DNA of 46,905 bases from a virus (Duplodnaviria > Caudoviricetes), in IMG/VR virus record IMGVR_UViG_3300023283_000212, positions 1 to 46,905 of that record, one strand, 5' to 3'. This document shows positions 34,739 through 45,225 of the stretch, piece by piece. The position numbers were made by a program, and so were the translations under genes. Every line of letters begins with the position of its first letter. The first letter of the stretch is position 1. The notes under the pieces were generated by a model, which was not told the origin of the DNA, made no database searches, and saw only the letters and a list, made by a program, of their open reading frames with translations.

Positions 34739-36019
34739 ATGCCCTACTACCTGGCCAACTACCCGCTGATCGAAGACGGTGGCGAGCAGTTCTATCGCGC
34801 GCCGGGGGACGGTCGGCCTGTGATCGCGATCGGGCCGCCGAAGCAGGTGCCACCGGTCGGGGTGGTCTTCAGCCGCACGCCGCTGAGCGACGGTACACCG
34901 CGCCGCACGCCGCGAGCCGCAAGCGACTCTGCCATCGAGCTTGGCGGCGCGCTGGACGACCGGCCGGCCAATCGACTCCGCGCCGCGTGGGCTGCGCTTG
35001 CCGGCCGGCCGCCGACGGGCAATACGCTGCTCGATTGGGTTTGGTCGAGCATCACCGACCGATCCGACCCGACCGGCCAGACCGCCGCGCTGCCCCTGTT
35101 GCCGGGGTCGCGAGGTGCGAGGCTGCGCTTAGTGGTCGGCGGCAAGCTGCTGCGCACACACCGTTGGCAGCCGGACCGGCAGCCGGAGAATCACGCGGCG
35201 CTCGATCTGCTCAAGCGCCAATACCGCCGCACGCGCGCGGCTGTGTTCGACGGCGAGCTCCCCGCCGACTGGCACCGCCGGACGCTAAGCAAGTGGCAGC
35301 GCGTCTATCGCGTGAGCGACCACCGCACGTTTGTTCCGGCCGATCTGCCGGACGAACCGCCGCTACCGCACGCGACGGTGATCACCGACGATTTCAATCG
35401 GCCCAATGCGGCAACGCTCGGCGCGAATTGGAATCAACTCAACAACCTGATCGAAGTGCTCGACAACGAAGCGTTTTACACGAGCGGAGACTCACTGCTG
35501 GCCGACAACTGCGAATATCAAGGGGATATCACAGGCAGTGATATGTCGGTGCGCATGGATATTGCAAGTTGGTTTTGGGATTCCAACGGCGCGCTCAACA
35601 CCGGTGTATTAACGCGACTTCAGGACGACGGATTCACGCAAAACACGTTCTATCGATTCAACCTGAATGAAGCGCCTATCGGGCAAGGCGGTCAGCGCGT
35701 GCGCTTGTTCGTCTCGAACGACGGCACGCAAACGCAAATCGGCACCGATCAGCCCGTGACGATCCTCGGCAGTGGCGAGCGATTGCGCGGAGACACCGAC
35801 GCGGGCAACCACGTACTGCGCTACCGCGGCACGGTCGAGATCAGCGAGACCGATACGTCGATCGACGGCAGCACGCGCGGTGGGATTCGCGCGGCGCGCA
35901 ACTTCGACGGCAACGAAGTCGCGCTGGACAACTGGCGGCTGTCGGACATCGGCGCCGGGAGCATGCTGCTCGGCCTGCTCGCCGAAGGGGCGTTCGTCGG
36001 CGAACGGGAGCGCGAATAG
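34739..36019 (+). CDS. Putative receptor-binding/tail protein with C-terminal ConA-like domain
   Basis: 'ITDDFNRPN...LGANW' begins an Asn/Thr-rich beta domain whose codon usage differs from the backbone. Confidence 0.6.
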   Translation: MPYYLANYPLIEDGGEQFYRAPGDGRPVIAIGPPKQVPPVGVVFSRTPLSDGTPRRTPRAASDSAIELGGALDDRPANRLRAAWAALAGRPPTGNTLLDWVWSSITDRSDPTGQTAALPLLPGSRGARLRLVVGGKLLRTHRWQPDRQPENHAALDLLKRQYRRTRAAVFDGELPADWHRRTLSKWQRVYRVSDHRTFVPADLPDEPPLPHATVITDDFNRPNAATLGANWNQLNNLIEVLDNEAFYTSGDSLLADNCEYQGDITGSDMSVRMDIASWFWDSNGALNTGVLTRLQDDGFTQNTFYRFNLNEAPIGQGGQRVRLFVSNDGTQTQIGTDQPVTILGSGERLRGDTDAGNHVLRYRGTVEISETDTSIDGSTRGGIRAARNFDGNEVALDNWRLSDIGAGSMLLGLLAEGAFVGERERE

Positions 36020-37666
36020 ATGAGTCGCAGCATCGCCCCGGACAGCACGAACGTCTCGACCACGATCCGCATCCTCGACGAGACGAGCGCGCCGGAAGGC
36101 CAGCCGAAAGAGGACGTGACCAGCGCGAGCTCGGGCCTGGCGCTCTGGTATCGCCGCACCGGCGGGACCAAGACGGCGATCACGCCCGCCGCGCTCTCGG
36201 CGCTCGACGATGCGCACTCCGACGGCGGGATCCTGCACATCGACGACGGCTACTACCGCCTCGACGTGCCCGACGCGGCGTTCGCCTCCGGCGCGACCGA
36301 CGTGGTGATCGGCGGGACGGTCGACGACGGCACGATCGTCGGCGTCGCGCACCCGATCGTGGCGACCGAAGCGGGGACCGGTTCGGCCGTGACCACGTTC
36401 ACGCAGCAGGACGGCGCCACCGGCGCGCTGGCGGGCGTCAAGACCTGGCTCACCAGCGACGCGGCCGGCAGCGTAGTGGTGGCCGGTCCGCGCACGACCG
36501 ACGATTCCGGGCAGAGTACGTACTACCTGGACTCGGGCGCGACCTATTACCTGTGGCGCGACTCGGGCAGCTACCGCTTCACCAACCCGCAGACGGTGAC
36601 CGGCGGCACCAGCGCCACGCACACCGACGGGGTCGCCTTCGGCGAGACCGGCAGCTCGGATCTGATTCTCGGCTACGACGAGATCCGCCGCCGGATCGGG
36701 CGGATGCTGAGCTGGGACCGCACGCCCGCCAACTGGGACAGCGAGCAGCAGACCGACGCGGCCGATTTCATCGCCGACGGGATCGAGCAGTTCCTCCACC
36801 CGCCGCCGCTGCCCGGAGAGCAGCACGCGCACCAGTGGAAATTCGCCCGGCCGCGGCAGACGATCGACCTGTGGGCCAGCGCGACGATCACCACCAGCGG
36901 CGCACCGGTACACGCCGCCGGAGAGAGCACGATCACCGCCGCGAGCGACGCGTTCTACGCCTCGATGACGAGCAAGACGATCAGCTTCGCGGCGAGCGGC
37001 AGCGAGTACACGATCAGCGAGTATGTCTCGGCCACGCAGATCAAGGTGACCGGCGACGCTTCGGGAGAAGCGAGCGGGGACGACATCTCGATCAGCGCCG
37101 ACGGCACCTACGATCTGCCGGTGAAATTCGGCGGGATCGACGGCAAGCTCACGTTTTCCAAAGGGACCACCTGGCAAGAAGCGCTGGAGCTGGTCAACGA
37201 ACGGCAGATCGCCGAACTGATGCAGCGCGGGGACACCTACACCGGCCGGCCGCGCGTGGCGGCCGTCTACCCGAAGACGTTCGACGAGGCGACCGGGCAG
37301 CGGTGGGCGCTGGCCGTCGCGCCGATCCCGGACGCCTACTACCAGGTGAGCTACCGGGGGCAGCTCGACCGCTCGACGATCGACGGATCGAACCCGTTCG
37401 CCGTCGCCCCGGTGCACGGAAATACGCTGCTCTACTCGATCCTCTCGATGGCCGAAAGGCACCTCCAGGACGAAGGCGAGGGGCCGATGTACCGGCAGTT
37501 TTTGCGATCGCTCGCCGCGAGCGTCTCGCACGACCGGATGAGCAATGCGGCCGAGAGCGTGGGGATCAACCGCGACCGCTCGGACACGCGGCGGCGCTAC
37601 AGCCGCCGGCGGCGGGATGAGGACAACTACTACGTCGACTACAAGGGGACGATCCCGGGACTTTAA
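36020..37666 (+). CDS. Head-tail adaptor (tail tubular A-like) fused to beta-rich domains
   Basis: HQWKF...YDLPVKFG...GRPRV...VAPIPDAYY adaptor pattern; N-terminal GYYRLDVPDAAFA module. Confidence 0.65.
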   Translation: MSRSIAPDSTNVSTTIRILDETSAPEGQPKEDVTSASSGLALWYRRTGGTKTAITPAALSALDDAHSDGGILHIDDGYYRLDVPDAAFASGATDVVIGGTVDDGTIVGVAHPIVATEAGTGSAVTTFTQQDGATGALAGVKTWLTSDAAGSVVVAGPRTTDDSGQSTYYLDSGATYYLWRDSGSYRFTNPQTVTGGTSATHTDGVAFGETGSSDLILGYDEIRRRIGRMLSWDRTPANWDSEQQTDAADFIADGIEQFLHPPPLPGEQHAHQWKFARPRQTIDLWASATITTSGAPVHAAGESTITAASDAFYASMTSKTISFAASGSEYTISEYVSATQIKVTGDASGEASGDDISISADGTYDLPVKFGGIDGKLTFSKGTTWQEALELVNERQIAELMQRGDTYTGRPRVAAVYPKTFDEATGQRWALAVAPIPDAYYQVSYRGQLDRSTIDGSNPFAVAPVHGNTLLYSILSMAERHLQDEGEGPMYRQFLRSLAASVSHDRMSNAAESVGINRDRSDTRRRYSRRRRDEDNYYVDYKGTIPGL

Positions 37667-37668
37667 CG

Positions 37669-38007
37669 ATGGCGATCAAAGGCGAACCCGATCCGCGCAA
37701 CAAGCGCACCCCGAGCACGGCGAAGGCCGACAACGGCGCGGCGACGATCACACTCGCCGCCGAGAGCGGCCGGACGCACGTGCTGGACAAGCTGACCGCC
37801 GGATTCGAGGCGGCCCCGGCGGCCGCGAAGCTGCTGACCGTTTCGATCGGCGGGACGGTCAAATTCCAGGCCTACCTCGACGACGCGATCCCGCACCATT
37901 TCGATTTCGACGGGCTGCACGGCGGAGAGAACGAGGCGATGGTGATCAGCCTCCCGGCGAGCGGCACCGGCGGGGTGGAAGGCTACGTCAACTCGCTAAC
38001 CCGCTGA
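37669..38007 (+). CDS. Small virion protein
   Basis: Co-oriented and beta-rich. Confidence 0.65.
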   Translation: MAIKGEPDPRNKRTPSTAKADNGAATITLAAESGRTHVLDKLTAGFEAAPAAAKLLTVSIGGTVKFQAYLDDAIPHHFDFDGLHGGENEAMVISLPASGTGGVEGYVNSLTR

Positions 38008-38042
38008 CCGGCTCGACGCATTTCACAACCAGGAGAAGCACC

Positions 38043-38831
38043 ATGCCCGCCGCCTTTCAAACCTTAAAGATGCTCGAGGGCCTCGTCCGGCTGGAGGAGT
38101 CGGGCGAGATTCTCAAGGTCCCCGGCCAGTCGAACCGCCGGCTGTTCGGCTGGGGGACCGGGGCCCCGGCCGCGGCAACCAACTGCTACTTCTACCTGCG
38201 GACCGACGCGACCAGCGGCGACATCGGGGTCTACGTCTACGATTCGACCGCCGCGGCCTTCGAGGCGCTGCAGAGCGAGTTTGCCCGCGGCGATCTGACG
38301 CAGGACGACGCGCAGATCTACGATTTGCCGCTGGAGAACTTCCGGGTGACCGCGACCGGAGCGCTGCTGGGAACCTCGGCCGGAACCCCGTCCGGCGCGT
38401 TCGGGATCACCTACGGCACCCACGGCACCGCGCCGCCGAAGATCGTCAGCGAAGCCGCCTCGGCCGGCTCGATCACCAACAAGATGCGGCAGACGTTCGT
38501 GCTGCCGCCCGAGTACGTGAGCGGGGAAACGGTCACCCTGCGGGTGCGCGGCAAGGAGACGGTCGCCGCGGCGACGGTCGATACCACGATCGACGCGGAG
38601 GTGTACAAGCACGACAAGGACGGCGGGATCGGCTCGGACCTCTGCGCGACGGCCGCCCAGAGCGTGACGACCGCCGCGGCAAACTTCGATTTCACGATCA
38701 CGCCGACCGGCCTGGCGGCCGGCGACCGGCTGGACGTCGAGCTGACCGGCGTCTCGGACGATACCGGAGGTTCGCAGGGGACGATCCTGGAGATCTACTC
38801 GACCGAGATGCTGCTGGACATCAAGGCTTAG
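38043..38831 (+). CDS. Virion structural protein
   Basis: AGGAG RBS; Thr/Ala/Gly-rich beta protein. Confidence 0.7.
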   Translation: MPAAFQTLKMLEGLVRLEESGEILKVPGQSNRRLFGWGTGAPAAATNCYFYLRTDATSGDIGVYVYDSTAAAFEALQSEFARGDLTQDDAQIYDLPLENFRVTATGALLGTSAGTPSGAFGITYGTHGTAPPKIVSEAASAGSITNKMRQTFVLPPEYVSGETVTLRVRGKETVAAATVDTTIDAEVYKHDKDGGIGSDLCATAAQSVTTAAANFDFTITPTGLAAGDRLDVELTGVSDDTGGSQGTILEIYSTEMLLDIKA

Positions 38832-38833
38832 CC

Positions 38834-40984
38834 GTGCCCCCGCAAAAAAGAGTGATCCTCCTGCGCTGGCCGATGGGCGGTCTGGTCAAGAGGCGCGGCT
38901 ACCAGCAGCAGCCGCCCTACTCGACGCCCGATGCGCTCAACGTGCGCCCCGACGGCACGATCGAGGGCCGCGAACGCGGCGGCTCGCGGCCCGGTCTGGC
39001 CAAGGCTTTCTCCGAGCAGCTCGGCAGCGGAAGCCCGGTGCGGATGCTCACCGACGTGAGCTACGTCGAGAGCGCGACGCACAAGACGCGCATTGCCGCG
39101 GTGGCCGGCGGCATCCTGCACCGCGAGGAGCCGGCCGGAACGATGGCGGCCGTGACCCACACGGATTTCCCTTTGCGCGACGTGGACCTGATGGCGGCCG
39201 ACCATCTGCAGAAGCTCTACATCGCCGACTGGGATACGGGCGTGCAGATCTCGGGCACCGACGGCGTCCTGAGCAGTTCCAAGGTGCTTACGAGCGCTTC
39301 GGTCGGCAACTGGGAGACGGCCGGCGCCGTGAAGGGCATGGCGGTGCGGATCACCGGCGGCGGAACGGGCGCCGACGAGAAGATCAAGATCAAGCTGGTC
39401 GGTTCGCCGACCGGCGGGACGTTCACGCTCAAGTACGTGAGAGACGTCGAGGCGGTGAGCGGGACCGAAAAGCGGACCGACCAAAGCGCGGCGATCGCCT
39501 ACGACGCCTCGGCCGCGACGATGGACACCGAACTGGAGAAGTTCTTCGGATCGAGCGAGCTGTCGGTGAGCCTCGCTTCGAGCGAGTACACGGTCACCTT
39601 CGATGGGAGCAGCTACACCGGCAAGAACATGGCCACCGTGACCGGCCAGACCGATTACCTGATCCTCGGCGCCAACGACCTGACCGGCGGGACGTTCCCG
39701 CACGTGACCTTCGAGCGGGTGACCGTGGGCGGCGCGGGGGCCACGGTGGGAGCCTACGAGATCGCCTCGATCTCGGGCACCGACCTCACGCTCTCCGGTT
39801 CGCCCGGCGAATCGACCGGCTCGGTCGAGTTCGAGCTGGAGCGCGCGCCGAAGAAGTGGGACCCGGCGACCAATGCGGTTTCGAGCTGGGTGGCGAGCGA
39901 AGGGGAGATTCCGCTCGGCAACCCGCTGTTTGTGATCTGGAAGGAGCGGGCGGTGCTCGCGGGCGATCCGCCGCACGCCTGGTACATGAGCCGCGCCGGC
40001 GACCTGGAGGATTTCGACTTTTCGCAGGACGACCGGCAGGCGGCCGTCTACGGGGTGACCGGCGAAGCGGGGCGGCCCGGGGAGCCGATCCGGGCGCTGA
40101 TGCCGCACAGCGACGACTGTTTGGTCATCGGCTGCCATACGAGCATGTGGGTGATCCGGGGCGATCCGGCGGCGGGCGGGACGATGGACCGGCTCAGCTC
40201 CCGCGTGGGAGTCGTCGACCGGCACGCCTGGACGCACGCCCCGGGGCTCGAGGGCAGCCAGGAGATTCTCGTCTTTCTCTCGCACGACGGGCTGTGGGCG
40301 ATGGCTTCCACCTGCGGCTCGCCGCCGATCTCCCTGTCGCGGGAACGGTTGCCCGAGGAGCTGCTCGCGGTCGACTGGACGGCGAGTACGGTGACGCTCG
40401 AATACTGCGACCGCTACCGGGGGATCTCGATCGCGGTGGTGGCCGACGACGAGTCGACCGGAACCTACTACTGGTTCGACTGGGAGACCAAAAGCTTTTG
40501 GCCCGAGAGCTACACGACCGAGCACGAACCGACCGTCCGCTACCGGCGGCGGGACCACGTGAGCGACCATTCGCGCGTCCTGTGGGGCGGCCGCGACGGG
40601 TATCTGCGCCGCCACCAGGCGGACACCGAAGACGACGACGGGACGAACTTCACCAGCTACGTCGAGATCGGCCCGCTGCGGCTCGGGCGGCACGACATGG
40701 AGACCGGCAGCCTGGCCGAGCTGCAGGCGACCGTTGCCGCGGGCAGCGGCGATGTGGGATGGGAGCTGCGCGGGGGGCTCTCGAGCGAGGATGCCTTCGA
40801 CCAGACGGCCGGGGCGCACAAGCGGAGCGGTACCTGGACGGTGGCCGGGCTGAACCCGGCGAACCATCCGCGGCTCCGGGCGGCGGCGGCCGTGCTGCGG
40901 CTCACCGGAACGGCCGGCCAGAAGTGGGCGCTCGAGGCGCTCTCGGCTTCGGTCCGCACGACCGGGCGGAGGCGATACCAGTGA
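38834..40984 (+). CDS. Tail nozzle / tail tubular B (P22 gp10-like)
   Basis: N-terminal ALNV...RPG motif, beta-propeller-like repeats, position before the ejection proteins. Confidence 0.7.
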   Translation: MPPQKRVILLRWPMGGLVKRRGYQQQPPYSTPDALNVRPDGTIEGRERGGSRPGLAKAFSEQLGSGSPVRMLTDVSYVESATHKTRIAAVAGGILHREEPAGTMAAVTHTDFPLRDVDLMAADHLQKLYIADWDTGVQISGTDGVLSSSKVLTSASVGNWETAGAVKGMAVRITGGGTGADEKIKIKLVGSPTGGTFTLKYVRDVEAVSGTEKRTDQSAAIAYDASAATMDTELEKFFGSSELSVSLASSEYTVTFDGSSYTGKNMATVTGQTDYLILGANDLTGGTFPHVTFERVTVGGAGATVGAYEIASISGTDLTLSGSPGESTGSVEFELERAPKKWDPATNAVSSWVASEGEIPLGNPLFVIWKERAVLAGDPPHAWYMSRAGDLEDFDFSQDDRQAAVYGVTGEAGRPGEPIRALMPHSDDCLVIGCHTSMWVIRGDPAAGGTMDRLSSRVGVVDRHAWTHAPGLEGSQEILVFLSHDGLWAMASTCGSPPISLSRERLPEELLAVDWTASTVTLEYCDRYRGISIAVVADDESTGTYYWFDWETKSFWPESYTTEHEPTVRYRRRDHVSDHSRVLWGGRDGYLRRHQADTEDDDGTNFTSYVEIGPLRLGRHDMETGSLAELQATVAAGSGDVGWELRGGLSSEDAFDQTAGAHKRSGTWTVAGLNPANHPRLRAAAAVLRLTGTAGQKWALEALSASVRTTGRRRYQ

Positions 40985-41541
40985 CCCGCCCCGACCCGAT
41001 TCCACAAAACGTGATCAGCCACACGTGCAGCGAGGAGGCGGTGCTGAGGCGCAACTTTGCGAACCTCAAGGACCTGCAGGAGCGGCTGCACGACGGGGAT
41101 TTGTATTTCCCGGAGATCCACGCCGGCAATTGGTTCGACGGCGACGAAAACCAGCTTTACAGCACCGACGAGCAGAAGCTCACCCTCAAAAACCTGCACG
41201 TCAACGAGGAGATCGTCCTGGGCGACAACCTGGTGTGGAAGCGCATCGACGGGACGGTGATCCTCGTCGGCTTCGACCTCTGCAAAGTGAAGGTGAACGA
41301 GGGCGACGACTGCGACTACCTGGAGGACCAGTTTTTCGATCACAACGCGAGCGCGGAGTATTCCAGCGCGCGGGACCTGGCGATCGACGTGGACACCGAA
41401 GCGGACGGGGGAGACGACAAGCTGCGTCTGTTCGCCGACGCCTCGGCGATCAGCGGCTACACCGAGGCGAACCAGCAAGTGCTCACGCATTCCGCCTCGG
41501 GCGGTTTCGCCTGGGTGGACGTCGACACGAGTAGCTGCTGA
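40981..41541 (+). CDS. Tail-associated protein
   Basis: GTGA coupling to the nozzle gene; acidic. Confidence 0.65.
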   Translation: MTRPDPIPQNVISHTCSEEAVLRRNFANLKDLQERLHDGDLYFPEIHAGNWFDGDENQLYSTDEQKLTLKNLHVNEEIVLGDNLVWKRIDGTVILVGFDLCKVKVNEGDDCDYLEDQFFDHNASAEYSSARDLAIDVDTEADGGDDKLRLFADASAISGYTEANQQVLTHSASGGFAWVDVDTSSC

Positions 41542-42035
41542 TGCCCGACACCTTTTGGAACTGCGATGGGAAGATTGTCGCCGCTGGGAGCGGCGAGCCG
41601 AAGCTCTGCCCGAGCGACCCGTGCGCCGGCGGCGGAGCCGATTGCTGCAGCGGCGCGACGCCCGTTTCCATCAACGCGGAGATCGACGCTTTGGTCGACG
41701 AAGACTGCGGCGAGTGCACCGGAGCGGCGGGCGATTTGGACGACGTGACGTTTTCCTGCGGCCAGGACGCGCCGGATGCGTGCTCGTGGTCGACGACTTT
41801 GTCGCACTGCGCAGGATTGAGCGCGAACGTCGGCACCTACCAGGATTTCACCGACCAGTACGTCGCCTTTGGAATTACCTTCGACGACGGCTCGTATGTC
41901 GAGTGGAGAAAGAGCGTCGGGCCGCCGGACAGCACATTCGACTGCGAGGCGACCCATGAGCTGGCATATGCCGCGGGCGAGAGCAACTCGACGAAGTGCG
42001 ATTGGACCGGCAGCAAGGTGATTTTGAATCCGTGA
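41541..42035 (+). CDS. Cys-rich acidic tail-region protein
   Basis: TGATG coupling; many Cys residues. Confidence 0.65.
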   Translation: MPDTFWNCDGKIVAAGSGEPKLCPSDPCAGGGADCCSGATPVSINAEIDALVDEDCGECTGAAGDLDDVTFSCGQDAPDACSWSTTLSHCAGLSANVGTYQDFTDQYVAFGITFDDGSYVEWRKSVGPPDSTFDCEATHELAYAAGESNSTKCDWTGSKVILNP

Positions 42036-42044
42036 GCGGAATTT

Positions 42045-42353
42045 ATGAGCGAGTGCGAAAGGGTGACGCGCCGAAGCGGGCCGAATCGCTACGAGCACGT
42101 CTGCCTGCGCTGCGACTATCGCAGCGAAGGCACGCGGCCGCGGCTGGCGATGGATTGCCTCGCGCCGCAGAACCCGGTGTTCGATGCGCGGTGCGTCCAT
42201 TTGGGCGCCGCGACCGGAGCGCGGTTCGACTGCGGCGGCTGCCGAAGCGGCCGGCCGCCGATCCGCGCGTGTGCGATTTTCGGGGAGTGTTTGGAGCTGA
42301 CCGTCAAGGAGGGCATCGACTGTTGCCCCCACTGCGAGAGATACGAGGTGTGA
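42045..42353 (+). CDS. Small Cys-rich protein
   Basis: CLRC, CVHLG, CGGC, CAIFGEC and CPHC motifs. Confidence 0.7.
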   Translation: MSECERVTRRSGPNRYEHVCLRCDYRSEGTRPRLAMDCLAPQNPVFDARCVHLGAATGARFDCGGCRSGRPPIRACAIFGECLELTVKEGIDCCPHCERYEV

Positions 42354-42354
42354 C

Positions 42355-43530
42355 ATGCCGCGCTACTACCCGCGACCCCAACACGGATACCCGCTGCGCG
42401 CCGGCCAGAACGAAGCGGCGTCGGCGCTCTTGAGAAACCGCGGGATCGGCGTCGGGACGCCGAGCTCGAACCGCAATTTGAATATGGAGGCGTGGGGCAA
42501 GTACGCCCGGGGCGGGCGCCGCCGGCTGACGCCGCTGCAGCAGTTCGACCGGATGCGCACCCTCGTGAGACCGCTCGGCTGGACCCCGGTCGCCGAGCAG
42601 GGCGCGCCGCAAGAGGAGCCGCTCTCGCTGGCCGACGAGTATCAGCGCGCCCTCGACGAGGCGAACGCGGCGAACGAAGCCCGCTACCAGGAAGGCCGCG
42701 GTTTGCACGCGGACCGGCAGTCGGCGGCGGCCGCCGGGCAGCGGCGGCGGATCAATGCGGCGATGAGCGACCTGACGAACTACGGGCGGACCGCGCGGCG
42801 CGATCTGGCCGAGGACTACTCGGACCTCGAACAGTCCCAGCTCGCCCGCGTGCGCGGCCTCGGCCTAGCGAACACCAGCGCGGTCGGCAGCGCGCAGACC
42901 GGCGTGCGGCGGCGGCGGGACCAGGCCTTCGACCGCCTCAACGAACAGATCGAGCGCACGCGGCTCGATACGATGAGCCGGCTGCGGGGCGAGGCGATCG
43001 GCCAGGCCGAGCGAATGACCGCCGACGAGCTCGGCTTCCTCGAGCGGCGCGAAGACATCGGCCCGGACTTCAACGTCCTCGCGCGGCTGGCGGAGATGGA
43101 GGGTTCGGCCGACGCGCAGAACCGGTTTCCCCGTTCTGTGGGGGCGGCGGCCGGCGCCTTGGGCGCCGGCGGGGGCGGCAGTTACGGCGCGGCGGCGCCG
43201 GTCATGTTCGCGCCGCAGATGCCCGGCAGGACCGTCTTCGGCCACACTCCGCGGCGGCGCCGGCAGGCAGCGCAGGGGCAAAGGCAGGCGGCGCCGAGGC
43301 AGGGGCAGGCGGCGCCGGAGCTCGGCCCGCGGGCGCAAGCGGCGCTTCAGGCCGCTGCCGCCGCGGCGGGAGGTCTGCCCGGAGCGATCGCCGGCGCGGC
43401 GGCCGGCGGCAGCGGCCGGCGGACGCGAAGCGGCTACAAGCCGCGATCCGACATGGGCGAGTTCGCCCGCCGCCTCGCCCGCCGCCGGGCGAACGCGAAC
43501 CTGCACCCCTCGCTCCGCCGGGGTACCTAA
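42355..43530 (+). CDS. Putative DNA ejection/pilot protein
   Basis: Helical and Ala/Gly/Arg-rich; first of three genes in the internal virion protein position. Confidence 0.6.
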   Translation: MPRYYPRPQHGYPLRAGQNEAASALLRNRGIGVGTPSSNRNLNMEAWGKYARGGRRRLTPLQQFDRMRTLVRPLGWTPVAEQGAPQEEPLSLADEYQRALDEANAANEARYQEGRGLHADRQSAAAAGQRRRINAAMSDLTNYGRTARRDLAEDYSDLEQSQLARVRGLGLANTSAVGSAQTGVRRRRDQAFDRLNEQIERTRLDTMSRLRGEAIGQAERMTADELGFLERREDIGPDFNVLARLAEMEGSADAQNRFPRSVGAAAGALGAGGGGSYGAAAPVMFAPQMPGRTVFGHTPRRRRQAAQGQRQAAPRQGQAAPELGPRAQAALQAAAAAAGGLPGAIAGAAAGGSGRRTRSGYKPRSDMGEFARRLARRRANANLHPSLRRGT

Positions 43531-45225
43531 ATGGCGATCCGAGTCCAATATCAGCCGGCCGCTTCGGTCGTCGACCGGGCGGCGCGGGCGGGAGGCCGCG
43601 AGAACCGGCGGCGACACGAGGAGGGTCTGGCCCTCCAGTACGGTCAGCTCCGGCAGCGGGCGGCGCTCCAGCAAAACGCGCAGCGGCACCAAGCGCGATT
43701 GCAGGCGTCGCAGCAGGCGGCCGCCTTCCAGACGGCCCAGGCCCGCGAGCAGGCGGCTCTCCAGCGGATGGGGCTCGGCGCGGGGCTCCAGCAGCAGCAG
43801 CAGTTGGGAGCCGCCGCTTTGCGGGAGCGGCAGGCGGCGGCCGACTTCCAGCGGCAGCAGCAGCTCGGGCAGCAGCAGTTCGGGCAGCGGCAGCAGCTCG
43901 CCGAGCAGCAGTTCGGCCAGCAGCAGGAGCTCTCGGAGATCGACCTGGCGAACCGGATTCGCTGGTCGGAGTACCAGCTCACCGCCGGCCAGCGGCACGC
44001 AGCGAACCGGCTCGAAGCGGCCGACCGGCACCTGCAAGAAGCCCGCGCGCGGGGCGAACTCTCGCCCGCGCAGTACGAGCAGCTCGGCCGGCAACTCGCC
44101 CGCGAGAAACTGGAGCTGCAAAGCGGGCTCTCGGTGCAACCCACGCTCGAGGAGCAGTGGCAGCAGAGCCACATCATGGTGACCGTCCCGGGCACCGACG
44201 GGATGCAGATCCCCCTGGTGCCCGATGGCGACGGGGGCTGGCAAGTGCCGCGGGGGTGGCCGGGCGATGGCGCCCAGGCGCTGCGCGACCAGGAGCACCG
44301 AAAGACCGAAATCCTCGAACAGTACCACGAGCGGCTGGGGAAGGTGCAAACCGAACGCGCGAAACTGGCGGCCGGCCTGTTGCAGCAGACCAACTTCGAA
44401 GGAGAGCGCGCCTACACGCCCAAGGAGGCGCTGGCGGCCGCCGCCATACTGCTGCCCGATCCGCCCAAGGTGGACGTGGAGGTGGTGGATCGGCAGGCGG
44501 CGCCGGGCACTGCGCTCGACCCGGAGCCGCCGCCGCAGCCGGGCACTGCGCTCGACCCGGAGCCGCCGCCGCAGCCGGGCGAAGTGGCGGGCGATGCGCC
44601 CGGAGTGCAGCCAGCCGTACCGCCGCCGGCGGGCGAAGGGGCGGGCGATGCGCCCGGAGTGCAGCCAGCCGTACCGCCGCCGCAGCCGGGCGATGCGCTT
44701 GAAAGGGAGGCGGCCGAGCTGAATCTGTTCGATCACGGAGCGGGGGCGGGCGGGCCGGCCGAGGGGCAGGCGGAGGTCATCTCCGAACAGCTCGGAATCG
44801 GGCCGCCGCCGGAAGAAGCCATCGACGCGGGCCGCCGGCTGGTGAAGGGCAGCAGCGATCGCGCCGCGCGGGAAGTGGCCGGCCTGCTGCATGCCTACCG
44901 GCACAACGAGCTGCCAGGCGATCAAGCCGAACCGATCGTCCGCGCCTACGCGGATCTCGTGCGCCGCGCCGACGTCGCGCAGCAAAGGGGCAAGGCGTTC
45001 CAGCCGACCGCCGAGGACGAAGAGCTACTGCGGCTGGTCGAGAGAACGCTGCGGCTGCTGACTGTGGGAGTCCCGGAGGCGCCGATCGATGCGAACGGAA
45101 CGGTCCAGACCGACCAGCTTGTCGTCGGGGAAGCGTATACGTTTGTCGGTCCCGGCGGCGAGCCGATCGTCGCCCGCTGGGACGGTGCCGCGTTTGTGCC
45201 GATCGGGGTCGGGGGAGATTTGTGA
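43531..45225 (+). CDS. Putative ejection protein (Q-rich, with Pro-rich repeats)
   Basis: Q-rich coiled coil; position between ejection-protein candidates. Confidence 0.6.
   Translation: MAIRVQYQPAASVVDRAARAGGRENRRRHEEGLALQYGQLRQRAALQQNAQRHQARLQASQQAAAFQTAQAREQAALQRMGLGAGLQQQQQLGAAALRERQAAADFQRQQQLGQQQFGQRQQLAEQQFGQQQELSEIDLANRIRWSEYQLTAGQRHAANRLEAADRHLQEARARGELSPAQYEQLGRQLAREKLELQSGLSVQPTLEEQWQQSHIMVTVPGTDGMQIPLVPDGDGGWQVPRGWPGDGAQALRDQEHRKTEILEQYHERLGKVQTERAKLAAGLLQQTNFEGERAYTPKEALAAAAILLPDPPKVDVEVVDRQAAPGTALDPEPPPQPGTALDPEPPPQPGEVAGDAPGVQPAVPPPAGEGAGDAPGVQPAVPPPQPGDALEREAAELNLFDHGAGAGGPAEGQAEVISEQLGIGPPPEEAIDAGRRLVKGSSDRAAREVAGLLHAYRHNELPGDQAEPIVRAYADLVRRADVAQQRGKAFQPTAEDEELLRLVERTLRLLTVGVPEAPIDANGTVQTDQLVVGEAYTFVGPGGEPIVARWDGAAFVPIGVGGDL
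44502..44698 (+). repeat. Coding tandem repeats (36-bp x2, 54-bp x2)
   Basis: PGTALDPEPPPQ x2 and AGDAPGVQPAVPPP x2. Confidence 0.85.
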
